From the NCBI GenBank assembly GCA_044892505.1, contig CM097882.1, positions 399,528,001 to 399,592,000 on the forward strand: a stretch of 64,000 bases of DNA, in the 5' to 3' direction. The DNA comes from Schmidtea nova. Taxonomy: Eukaryota. Made by a program: the position numbers and the translations under genes. This document shows positions 1-10,721 of the stretch, in pieces (position 1 is the first letter of the stretch; each line of letters starts with the position of its first letter). Below the pieces are notes generated by a model. It ran no database searches and was not told where the DNA came from. It saw only the letters and a program-made list of their open reading frames with translations.

Positions 1-242
1 CTTCGAGGGTATGACTATTGTAAAGACCTTTGAAAGACCTTTCGAATGATACCCTTGTTTGAAGGTTTGACCTTTGGAAATTCAAATTTGAAATTTAAAT
101 TTGAAATGAGACATCGATTACGTCATAAAATTCAAATTTGAAATTAGTCATCGATGGCGTCATTGGGGGCGGGCGGGGGGTTGAGTCATGTTCTTTGTTA
201 TGAGTCATCGATGAGTCATAGTGTCTTTGTTCCCGGCACCTC

Positions 243-572
243 ATGTCTGCCTACTGCAGACAATTAGAAGGGCAACGAAAGTTATCGGACTATAAGGTTG
301 TTAATGGGTCGACCATTCATTTGGTCCTGCGTTTAAGTGGAGTTGGTATTGAAGATGATGATGAGTCCAAAAATGTCTGTACATTAGACCCGAAAAAAGA
401 TATTTTAGTTAAAGAACTGGTTTCATCGAAAATTGCCTTACAAATAAATATCGACAAACTAGAGGGAACTGTTGAAGTAATTTCAAAGGAGTCATTTGTT
501 ACAAAGAATAGATTAATCAATGCTCTCGGCGATAAACAACATCAGAGCGTAGTGAAATCTGAAACAGAATAA
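243..572 (+). pseudogene. ORF containing the C-terminal half of a ubiquitin-like domain
   Basis: QLEGQRKLSDYKVVNGSTIHLVLRLSG aligns with ubiquitin [28 protein letters not shown]. The N-terminal half is absent and the di-Gly is not intact. Confidence 0.55.
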
Positions 573-1771
573 CAATAAAGAATGAACAATATAAATCAAA
601 ATTACTCACGCGGAACAAAAATTGAAATGAGTCACTCAAGACTGACAGCGAGTAGGTGAATCGCTCGGATTAACCTTAAAAATATAAAATAAAATTGAAA
701 ATAAATTTAACGCACTAATAATCATAAAACTTTACGGATTTACAACACAATAGAAAAGCATTAAAAAAATAAACATACGAGATATGCACACGCATACTGT
801 ATGCTGATTGCTTAATGTAAAATGAAAACTACTATATAAGCAGTAGTCAAACTCAGTGAAATAAATATAAAGGATATAAAAAAACATCATCGCATCTCAT
901 CTTGTCTGAGAGTTGTCCGTTTACCAAGTGTACTTGTGAATCGAAACGTAACATTTTGTGGAAATAATGGTAAATTTTGATCACTTGTGTTGTTTCTATA
1001 AACCCTCATGTTTTTTCTCAGTTTGGTAAGATTACGTCCGGATAGTCTTCAAGACTAGACGGGCGACAATGGGCTTCTCGGATGCAGCGCCTCTGAGTGC
1101 TGACCGATGCGGCGAGAAGCACGAAATTTTTGGGGGAGGGAAGGCACATCGGTCATCGCAAGGGTATATACATGGGTATACCAGGAAAATCACCAACTCG
1201 AATGAGTATTACAGTTGATTCAGTCAAAGCCCTAAATATTAACACAATATATACCAGGGAAGGAGAACTAATGAGTATCTACACGCACAGGATCACCCAC
1301 ATGTAAAAAATAAATGAGCCATTCAAAGGCACACGTAACACGAAATAGTGATAATACCGAACCATTCAGACACTCACGCGTAGAGTTGAGGCAAAGGGGA
1401 ATACCTTCGATAAGAGTATGAATGAGGAATGCATGAGGTGCAAATTTTTTCAGTGTATGTTGGCAAAGGCATGAGATGACAGGAATATTTCCGAACGATG
1501 GATGAGAAAGTATGGGTGTTGAGATATGTCGAATGATGATCTGAGATGAGAGAGAATACTAAACGACTATTCAGATATAAATACAGAAAATGTTCAAACA
1601 AGTAGAGCATCACACAATGAGTAAAACGGTAAGGTTGAGTGCGTAGATAGCGACCTACGCGAAATGCAACCAGAGATTGCAATCAGACGATTGGCTTAAG
1701 TACGTGGCAGTAGATAGCCGAATATATTAGCCAGCAAGTTGAACTAAACAGATTTTGTTTTCTTAGGTGCT

Positions 1772-2350
1772 ATGTGATCTAAACCGATGAGACCCGTCAA
1801 GTGCGAAAAGGGCGTAATAGAGATGGACATTCCTGATGCCGTACGCGCCGAGATATGTCGACACGCTCGCCAGTGGAGGCGTGAATTTCAGCAGGTTACT
1901 CCATTTGAAGCGAGAACTTACTACGTGGTCCAGGTCCGATGGGAAGGGGATTCCAAATGGCCAAGACAGATGAGGGTTTCGAGAGTTCAGCATTTCGAGT
2001 GGTTCATATAATTTCGGATAGCAAGGGCCTACCGCATTGGATTCTAATGCTAACTCCAACTGAGCCGATGGAACTGAAGCGCCTTGAATATACCCTGCTC
2101 GGACAAGGAAGTCCATAGGTTACACCAACTTAACCGGAGTATTCCTAGATGCCTGGAAGACTAAGTCGATATGGGCTAGCCAGATTCAATGGAAGGAAGT
2201 ATTCCTCTATCAGGATACTTTATGCTGGCGACCGAACCTAATATTCTATCAGGATAACGGAACATTACGAGGCGATAGTGAATTTAGTCAAGAATAGACT
2301 CAAGAATTGTCCGAAAAGTTGTGGGGAACTAACAAGAGTTTAGTACGATG
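1772..2350 (+). pseudogene. Disrupted homolog of LTR gene A
   Basis: EICRHARQWRREFQQVTPF...VRWEGDSKWP matches QIHQKMWAWRRELETACPF...VWYRGCASWP of 19033-19509. Contains stops and frameshifts; ATG follows a ttttcttag acceptor. Confidence 0.65.
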
Positions 2351-2609
2351 AAAAGACGATGTTATCAATTAATAATAAATGAATTGTTTAATTGAAATGG
2401 TTTGCGTTATGAATCAAAGAGTGTGCTTGTGGAATTATTGTCGAAAACGAGCATGTGGAAAATCATAAAAGTTAAATTGAAAGTACAAGGGGATGGCGAC
2501 GTAGTAACTACCGTACCGATTTGTTGAGAATAGCAAAGGGGTCGCTTTAACAGATCAAAGGAATATTGATACCTGTCTCATTTTTCTGTATTAGGTAATC
2601 CAACGCTGA

Positions 2610-3143
2610 ATGGAAAAATCAGACAAGTCATCTGACGAATACTTACTACGAATGCGAAACCGATTGCTAGAGCGTAAACTTCATAGGCAAACGATTGAAT
2701 TTGATGAGAAGCGTCGAACATGGTTTAACCCTTCCCAAGTAAAAGACATTCTAAAGACAAAATATTGAGCTAACCGAGCGGTGGAAGTCATGGCTCGCGA
2801 ATTGGCTGCGACGAAACTCGAATTAAACCAATGTCTTCGATCGGCCACCCAGGAGTTCTTAGAAATTCGCCTGAGGAATCTAGTAAGGGTTGATACATTT
2901 GAACGATGGTTACCTCGTCGCGCGATCACAGTTGAAACGCAGACAGATATGGGAGCAAATGACCAAGGAAATTAGCGGTCGAATGTTGAAACAACCAGGG
3001 GAAAGCCGAATAATCGAATCAAAAGGCGTAATAGACTAGGCGCAAAAAGAAGGAAAGAAAGGCGAGCCTATGCAGAACGACTTGGAATCGAAGTGGATGT
3101 TTACACTGAGATTTTATTGGATGTTAATATTAGGGCAATCTAA
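2610..3143 (+). pseudogene. Disrupted homolog of LTR gene B
   Basis: WFNPSQVK, ELAATKLELNQCL, ERW and RLGAKRRKERRAYAERL match WFSPEQMK, ALAATKLEL, QRW and RMGSRQRRRRREFAKRL of 19846-20430. Confidence 0.7.
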
Positions 3144-3498
3144 CCAACATAAAAATATTCACCCCGCTGATACCCATGATGTGTCCCTAATTACTCATCA
3201 TGTTGGTGATGCATCTAGCGTTGTAGAATGATGAGGCAGGTGAGCAACCTTGCGGCTACTATTCCCTCATTTATCTACGGGTCCACCACTGTTGATAGAA
3301 AGCCTGTGTGGTTTTATTCCGGTCCGAATTTATTAATACGATTTAAGTTACGTCTAGGGTTGATTTGTTATCGTTCTTTTCCCGGCCTCCCAAAAATGAA
3401 TTGCATATAGTATTAGTTATTCAAGCATTCCCTAATTTCATCATACATTGATCATCAAAATCACAAAACAAGACAAATATTTAGTGAAATACATTTAT

Positions 3499-4091
3499 TT
3501 AATTCAAAAGGACATAGGTCTTGATGACGTCGATTTGCTGCTTCTCTGTCAATCCACTTAGAAAATCGACCTCGATTCCGAGTCTCTCGGCATATGCCCT
3601 CTTTCAGGGCGTCTTTTCACGCATAAGCGATTTCTCCGTTTTGTGCGTGATGAACCTTCCGGTTTAGGTATTGCCACTGGTTTTTCCATAGTAGGAGTAA
3701 AGTTTCACTCTGTTTGAATTTTGCTATTTGTGCACGCTGACGTCACCCAGCGATTAAAGGTACTGGCGCGTATTAAGGGCCGTAATGGTTGCTCCACAAA
3801 TTCACAGGTGGATGCTCGTAAATAATTGTTCAGCTCCAGCCAGACTGCGGCGGTCTCTCTGGCTTATTTATATCGATTATCTATATCTATTTATTATTAT
3901 AATCGATTTATATCGATTATTTATCTATATCGATGCTGTTGAATATCTTTGACCCGTTCGGGGTGGAACCAGGTTGTTTTCAACAAGTTTATTTCGAATT
4001 CCTGACTCAACAAATGGCTCTCCAGTACTTTTACTCTTTTGCGCAATAGACTCTTTTCGTTGATATTGAGGTCATCCGTATTTCTGTCCAT
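3499..4091 (-). pseudogene. Disrupted homolog of LTR gene B
   Basis: MDRN...LLKTTWFHPERVK...AYAERLGIEVDFLSGLTE, with frameshifts and an AT-rich insert. ATG directly follows ttttag. Confidence 0.65.
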
Positions 4092-4337
4092 CTAAAATCA
4101 GAGGGTTAGTTAACTGTCCATCGCTGTCAATCACGGTCAACCATCCATTCCCACATACACTCGGTTCGACCTCAATTACATTTAATTATTCTGATATTAT
4201 TATTTTCACATCTTTCCCAGTCATTCAAACACTCATACAACATTCATCATACAATATTAAAACTCGTGGAATCAAGAACTCATTTATTTACTTTTCGCTG
4301 ACACAAGCGTACCACACATGTTTTCATATATAATCCA

Positions 4338-4908
4338 TCAGAACTCGATCCATTCCTGGTCGCACTCTCGATCTGCTTTCGGAGTACCGTCTGCTTTGAA
4401 GTATTCCGAGCAAGGTGTCCAATACAATTTCTCGTTATGGATAAAGATCTCCAATAACCGTGTTTCGAGTGCCCATTGATCCTGATCCATGTTTCGGTTT
4501 CCTGGCGAGTTTGTATAAGGGCGTAGTTCTCCGGTGCGAATACATCTGGGGCGTTCCAAAAGGATATAACCCATTTGTCGTAATACTTGTCTCGGGATAG
4601 CCATGAATGTTAGTACCCAACGGGGTATGGCATTCCCGTCTTCAACTTGTATCAAACCATTTCAGTGTGGCCGAGACTCTATCTGAGTTTGGTAGAGGCC
4701 AGGATGGGTCGCCCTCCCATCTTATTTGGAAGTGGTATATGGTAGTATCCGACATGGTAGCAAGATTCAGGTGGCGTCTCATCCATGCCTTCATATGGCG
4801 TTCAGTGGTCGCCTGGATTTGTCTCGAAACTTCTGATGTTGCTCTTTGTTAAGCTATGTTCGGCCTCTTTGATTGGCAGTGATAGATTCGTGGTATTTTA
4901 CGTGGCAT
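4338..4908 (-). pseudogene. Disrupted homolog of LTR gene A
   Basis: RHMKAWMRR...IRWEGDPSWP and GNAIPRWVLTFMAIPRQVLRQMGY resemble gene A. ATG follows tttcacag+aaa. Confidence 0.6.
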
Positions 4909-6213
4909 TTTCTGTGAAATGAGTTATTAGAAAAACGATAACATTTGCACAGCCATTATTCTTTCAGCCGTCGACATCATTCCACAATCATCCGTACAAT
5001 TAGGTATTCATGCATAATCAGACACTTATATATTCAAATTTTACCTGTCTAAATATTCACTAATACACATTCTAGCTATTTGATTCAACCATTATATTTA
5101 AATCACTGGTGAAATCAGCCTACTAAAGTTTAATGGTCATTCTGATTTGGCCAACACGTGACTCTACATTGTTGAATCGATGCCGGGTATCATCATGCTA
5201 GTTATCTAATTTGTGATCAATCTAGTTTACTTTAACATGGGATGTTTATTCTCAACGTCTACACTCTATCGCCCAATTACACTGGTGGGTCGGGGTCGTA
5301 AAAATGGCATCTTTCCATTATGGGTACCTCGCTCTCTCCCACTACGATTCCTAGTGAATCTTTACCCCGGTATGTGTATCTCAACACACTGATTCAAACA
5401 TTCTACTACCTGCGTGGTTTTATACAATGGCACTTTAGGTTGGTTTTTCCCTGACGGTGATTTCATCAGACATAATGTTATTTGGAGCTGTCCTTCATGT
5501 GCACCCTTCCTCATTAGTTAAGTTAGACTATTTACCGCATCAGCCCTCACTCGAAGGTGTTGCACTGAGAGGCCCAAATTCCCGTCAGATCCGACGACCT
5601 TCGGAACACCTTATTCATTTTAATAGAAACATGAGGGTTTAAATCAAAACAAAACTGAATTACCACATACCTTTTATTGGTGATAGGTTTCACAGATAGA
5701 ATGATTTTCCAAATAGTTGTTTCAGATACAAATGACACTTTGGTAAAATGACTGACTGGTGAAATGACTTCCTTTGGTAACAAATGACATCATTATACTG
5801 AATTTGACTGTCGTATATATACTTATTTTTGTTGACGGCCAGCCAATCAGAATTCAGTGTGCATGTGAACTGTAAGCATTTTATTTTTAATGCTTATCTT
5901 TACGTGCTTAATCCGGTGAGTTTTATGTTTACTCATCCGTAAATCTTTTATTTTATTCAATTTATTTTAGATTTCGTGTTCTACTCGCTGTCAGATTGAG
6001 TGGCTTGCTCTATTGTGCGATTTTTCTTTGCGTTCTGCGTGAGTAAGTTTTTGATTCTAATTCATTGTTAATTTATTTTCAGGCTTCGCTGCATACTAAT
6101 GATTCATGATGAATTGCTGATGTTTGGTTAGTTATTTTATTATTTTTTCTTATTAATTTTCTGTATTTATTTTATTCCTATTTTAGATTATTTGCGATTC
6201 GCCGGGCCCAACA

Positions 6214-6410
6214 CTATGATTGACCGAATATCTCCTGGGTTCAAGGGCTACCGATAGAAGGTCTAATGCCTATTTTGTCCCTTCTTCAGCAATCTATCTA
6301 TAAACATTCGATAATATTTTAATCGGACTTTCGAAATAAAAAATTTCATCATTATAAATTTATTATTGCATCAAAATAACCCATTTTCGAACATTAAAAC
6401 ATCAAGAATT
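6214..6410 (+). repeat. Dispersed ~200-bp repeat (inverted copy at ~46870-47066)
   Basis: ctatgattgaccgaatatctcctgggt..aagggctaccgatagaaggt occurs in reverse complement ending at 47066. Confidence 0.75.
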
Positions 6411-6717
6411 CAGGCAGGGATCCATTGAACATATACATTAGATAGGATAAAGTTATACTATAGAAGTTACGAGTTGATAAATAAGAGAACATTTGGAAGT
6501 TAGAGTAATAATGTGCGTAAGTTCTTCTATCGGCAAAAGTAACTCGTGAGAGAGAATACAATGTGGAGTAATTTTGGCAACAAAATTAACCTGCTCACTA
6601 AATTCTCGCGCGACTGTGAACATTACCAACATAGATTGCTATAAAGTAATTATAGGTACAGGAGATGATGTAGTTTTTAAATTTTCATGATGGTGTATGG
6701 TTTACCGCATTCTCTAG

Positions 6718-7218
6718 TGTAGTGCCTCCGTTATAATTATATGTTATTATATTATTTAATTAAATATCAATATTTATATATTAAAATCTATTATTAAAAA
6801 AAATGCGATTTGTTTAAATCACACAAAAATGGCACTTTTCACCTTATTTAAAAAACTACATGCAAGAAGCAATTTAAGAAAAATGGAAGCTGCACCAATT
6901 AAAACCCAATGCAAACCACAAAGTTACCCATTGAATGTAGTAATGAAAAAGAACGCAAATCGCACAAAAGAATTCAGTGAGCACAAGAGGCGAATGAGAC
7001 AATCAATCACCCCAGTGATTGCTACAAGCACAAAGATCGATATTTCTACCATTGATATACCAGAGCGCATTAAAGACAGCTATTTCATGAAGGAAAAGAA
7101 GACTAAATCAACTGTGAAATCTGATGATATATTGGCAGCTAAGAAAGAACAATTTGTTTTATTAAATATATTTTTAGCTGCTATATTTGTTTTATTAAAT
7201 ATATTTGCAGCTGCTAAA
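6718..7218 (+). repeat. 5' LTR of the nested element
   Basis: TGTAGTGCC...GCTGCTAAA, a direct repeat of 10158-10658 with about 3 substitutions. Confidence 0.93.
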
Positions 7219-9381
7219 AATGGTGTCAGAAACCCTGATATAATATATGAGGCAAATAGAATAGTTTTTATTACTAGTGGACTTTCTCAAAACTCAGCAG
7301 CATCAACATCAGCCGGGTTTACATTTGGACAATTACCGAGCGCAAAAATCGATTCACTTGCACCATTCAATCAAAATAGGATTTCAACGGAAACATCGAA
7401 TACTTTATCAACTGAATCAACACCGATTATGTTTTTGGTAAAAAAGAAATCAGATGCAATTTTTTCTTCAATATCAACACCATCGTCATCGATGTCGTTA
7501 AAGTTCATACAAATATCTTCTATAAAGTTGCATATTGTCGTACCGAGCTCAATTTCGTCAAATTCAACGGTATTTGGTCAAATATCTAAAAGTGACTCAA
7601 AACAAGTAGCTGCAAACGTCATTCCGAAATTCGCAAACACCAGCATCACTTTTGAACAATTGAGACGAGATGATTCGGGTTCTTATAAATGCGCTGTCAA
7701 AGGAACTACTGAGACCGGGTCAACAATGGAATTGGAAGCCTCGACATTTCAACCAGCCTCAGAAACTACATTCTGTCAATCAGTAGAAACAGGAAAGCGT
7801 GAAAGTGTCAATTACAACAGGCAATCAGTTGAATACTCAGTCAACATCGTCTCATTACCTGAACAATATGTCATTGGTCAAAGATTTACCATGCAATGTA
7901 AAGTTTATCCTCAATTCAAAACTGCTAGTTATTCTTGTCCGTTGCGTACACTCGACCTCGGCTCCTATTCCTGTGTGATTCACAGTTCCACTAACGGAGC
8001 GGCGTTGCAGCTGGAAGCGTCTATTTCTCAAAACAATTGCAACAGCTATTTGGGATTATCGGGCGAGCGGTATTTTATATGTATTATTTATAATATTAAA
8101 TTACATAATATATTATATTTATTTATATTATTTTTATTCATACTAAATTTTAAAGTTATTTTTATTATCTTTCTCAAAATTCACAAATACTTTGTCCAGT
8201 TTTTTGACACATTCAATACAAGTCACGCTCACAACCCCACTCAATCCACCATGTATAACAACGATTCTTTCGCCACTCCCCCAACATATGTCCTAACGCG
8301 TTTCAACCACAAAACACGCCAAATCCCCATTTTCACGGATTTGCGCACTGATATCGCCACCTCTCATCTGCTTAATAGGAATGAATTTTACATGACGTAC
8401 AACGGTTTCCCAGTTTCATCACTCACCGACATTCCACCTAATGCTATAATAGAAATTCATTGCCGCGTTTTAGGAGGCGTCCGAACCACTACAGAACCGT
8501 CTTATTCATCCACGTCACGCCAAATTTTGTTCTTTTTGGATCCCGACGGCACACCCTCGTCGTGGTTCCGCATTTTCGAATCGCGCACGTCTTCCTTTCC
8601 GAAATCACGCGCCGATTACCTACTTGACAGCCTACCATCTGAGCTGATAGCCGAGCTTGCACCGAAAATAGCCGACGCGCTTTACACAGACAACCCGTAC
8701 GATGGTCTCAAATCCCTGATAGTGTCAAAATACACCTCATCTCAAACCCAAGCTCTCACAAAGCTTTTGGCACCACAAAATTACTCAGGACAACAGCCAA
8801 GCCTATTCCTAGAACAGATTGCCCGCTCCAACGACATCACCATTCCAGATCTGTCCAAAAACACTCAACTCTTAAAACACCAATTCCTCTCCGCACTTCC
8901 ATATAATCTACAAACCTCCCTCGCATTGGTAGACTCTGAAGACCCGTACCATCTTGCTAAAATAGCTGATCGCATTTATGCACTCCAACCCCATAAACCG
9001 CGCGCTGATAATTACACACCACCACCGCCACTCTCCATTGTCAACACAACACATTCACCCGAAAACCACTACACCTGCAACGTCACAAAGTATTCCAACT
9101 ATACGCCTCCATTACAGCAAGCACAACGCCCCAATCATCCACCTGTTACACGCACACAGAACGTACAACCCAGTAGCAGCGCACCACTAATTTGTTTTTT
9201 CCACAGCCGATTCAAAAAACATGCACAGAAATGTTGCATTGGTTGCGCTTCCGAATTCCACAATCCTCATGACCTAGTCATTCCAATCTGTATCCACCAC
9301 CACCTATTCAAGAACGAAGCCAAATCGTGCATAGACGGATGTACTTGGCACACGAGCAGTTACCACCATGCAAAAAACTAA
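6829..9381 (+). CDS. gag: Chimeric ORF: LTR-encoded N-terminus, captured Ig-like fragments, hydrophobic segment, ubiquitin-like domain and Gag (native Gag start probably ATG 8251)
   Basis: 850 aa open. Contains DSGSYKC and DLGSYSC Ig-like motifs, IHCRVLGG, a DPDGTPSSWFRIFE capsid-like start and two CxxH...C...C motifs. Ends at slippery AAAAAAC-TAA. Confidence 0.8.
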   Translation: MALFTLFKKLHARSNLRKMEAAPIKTQCKPQSYPLNVVMKKNANRTKEFSEHKRRMRQSITPVIATSTKIDISTIDIPERIKDSYFMKEKKTKSTVKSDDILAAKKEQFVLLNIFLAAIFVLLNIFAAAKNGVRNPDIIYEANRIVFITSGLSQNSAASTSAGFTFGQLPSAKIDSLAPFNQNRISTETSNTLSTESTPIMFLVKKKSDAIFSSISTPSSSMSLKFIQISSIKLHIVVPSSISSNSTVFGQISKSDSKQVAANVIPKFANTSITFEQLRRDDSGSYKCAVKGTTETGSTMELEASTFQPASETTFCQSVETGKRESVNYNRQSVEYSVNIVSLPEQYVIGQRFTMQCKVYPQFKTASYSCPLRTLDLGSYSCVIHSSTNGAALQLEASISQNNCNSYLGLSGERYFICIIYNIKLHNILYLFILFLFILNFKVIFIIFLKIHKYFVQFFDTFNTSHAHNPTQSTMYNNDSFATPPTYVLTRFNHKTRQIPIFTDLRTDIATSHLLNRNEFYMTYNGFPVSSLTDIPPNAIIEIHCRVLGGVRTTTEPSYSSTSRQILFFLDPDGTPSSWFRIFESRTSSFPKSRADYLLDSLPSELIAELAPKIADALYTDNPYDGLKSLIVSKYTSSQTQALTKLLAPQNYSGQQPSLFLEQIARSNDITIPDLSKNTQLLKHQFLSALPYNLQTSLALVDSEDPYHLAKIADRIYALQPHKPRADNYTPPPPLSIVNTTHSPENHYTCNVTKYSNYTPPLQQAQRPNHPPVTRTQNVQPSSSAPLICFFHSRFKKHAQKCCIGCASEFHNPHDLVIPICIHHHLFKNEAKSCIDGCTWHTSSYHHAKN
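7221..7231 (+). promoter_or_regulatory. Primer binding site, tRNA-Leu type
   Basis: TGGTGTCAGAA, 2 nt after the LTR end; complementary to the 3' end of a tRNA-Leu. Confidence 0.75.
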
Positions 9382-10199
9382 CTGAGTCGTCGGATATTCC
9401 TGGACGCTCCGATGACTTCCTGCCAGTGAACACCTCTTCTCTCAGCAAACCACGTCCAACGTACACAATATCAACTCCACCAGCAAGCACCATCTCAGAA
9501 ACAACCGCTACCCTCTCCACAGTATTATTTCCTCACACGACACCACCACCAATAGCAATACAAGCACCAACACCAGAACAAGAACCAATCAGCACACCTT
9601 GCACAACACTAGCAACAACGACAACAACATTACCCGACACACCACACAGAGCACCACCTGCATCACTACCAGCAGCAACATTCACAATTCCATCAGATAC
9701 ACCACTAACAATACCAGAAGCACCATTCACCTTTTCCGACGACGAAACCCGCACAGACTACACACATATTCTAGCACAGCCTCCACAAACCACATCTCCG
9801 TCTCCATTGTCACCAAATACCACCACCGCCACCATAAATAAAGCAACACTAACTACACCACTTTTAAACAGAATCCCTGGAAATTTCACCATTAACGCCC
9901 AACCGTTCGAAGAATACGGTCAACCCAAACAACGCACAATAACATTTCTCGCAGATACAGACTCATCATATTCAATCCTACCCACAACCTTCACCGCAGA
10001 CACACCCTGCTCATCCTCTGCCATAGCCGCGAACGGTACACATGTAAAGCTATCTGGTGCAAAAACAATCGAGTTTCGCCTCCCAGGTTTTTTTACTCCG
10101 ATCCTTGAATCCGTTCTTACCTTTCCCATACGCTCCGCGTACTTCGGCGGGGGCTATTGTAGTGCCTCCGTTATAATTATATGTTATTATATTATTTAA
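9327..10199 (+). pseudogene. pol: Truncated pol: Thr/Pro-rich linker and defective aspartic protease
   Basis: FLADTDSSYSILP...AANGT corresponds to VIDTGSSYSILP...AANGT in the relative. Homology stops at about 10095. Confidence 0.85.
9372..9381 (+). promoter_or_regulatory. Putative -1 ribosomal frameshift site A_AAA_AAC at the gag stop
   Basis: The heptamer directly precedes TAA and the downstream protease ORF is in the -1 frame. The same site is conserved in the relative at 57845-57854 (minus strand). Confidence 0.8.
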
Positions 10200-10658
10200 T
10201 TAAATATCAATATTTATATATTAAAATCTATTATTAAAAAAAATGCGATTTGTTTAAATCACATAAAAATGGCACTTTTCACCTTATTTAAAAAACTACA
10301 TGCAAGAAGCAATTTAAGAAAAATGGAAGCTGCACCAATTAAAACCCAATGCAAACCACAAAGTTACCCATTGAATGTAGTAATGAAAAAGAACGCAAAT
10401 CGCACAAAAGAATTCAGTGAGCACAAGAGGCGAATGAGACAATCAATCACCCCAGTGATTGCTACAAGCACAAAGATCGATATTTCTACCATTGATATAC
10501 CAGAGCGCATTAAAGACAGCTATTTCATGAAGGAAAAGAAGGCTAAATCAACTGTGAATTCTGATGATATATTGGCAGCTAAGAAAGAACAATTTGTTTT
10601 ATTAAATATATTTTTAGCTGCTATATTTGTTTTATTAAATATATTTGCAGCTGCTAAA
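10158..10658 (+). repeat. 3' LTR of the nested element
   Basis: Direct repeat of 6718-7218, preceded by ggcggggg and followed by TSD TCTAG. Confidence 0.93.
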
Positions 10659-10703
10659 TCTAGTAACAACAATTTTAAAAAGCCCATATACCAACATGAA
10701 ATT

Positions 10704-10721
10704 TGGGGGCTCAGTCTGGAT
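10704..10721 (+). promoter_or_regulatory. Degenerate tRNA-Pro primer binding site of the interrupted Burro-like element
   Basis: TGGGGGCTCAGTCTGGAT, 7 nt after ...ccaaca; differs at 2 positions from the PBS at 20992. Confidence 0.75.

Larger units (their letters stand above)
590..3143 (+). mobile_element. Decayed LTR of a giant Gypsy (Burro-like) family; boundaries approximate
   Basis: Carries degenerate homologs of both LTR-internal genes of the intact element. Shares motifs (ttactcacgc, ctgacagcgagtag) with the inverted LTR at 3145-6213. Confidence 0.65.
3145..6213 (-). mobile_element. Near-complete decayed LTR of a second Burro-like family, inverted
   Basis: Begins TGTTGGGCC on the minus strand at 6213, the same terminus as the intact LTR. 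Contains gene A and B homologs, and 3220-3305 matches the distal LTR block (ttctatc...gataaatg...gctcacctgc). Confidence 0.75.
6718..10658 (+). mobile_element. Non-autonomous, internally deleted Ty3/Gypsy (Mag-like) LTR retrotransposon, 3941 bp
   Basis: 501-bp near-identical LTRs (6718-7218, 10158-10658), 5-bp TSD TCTAG (6713-6717, 10659-10663), PBS at 7221, G-rich PPT before 10158, gag plus protease remnant, no RT or IN. Confidence 0.93.
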
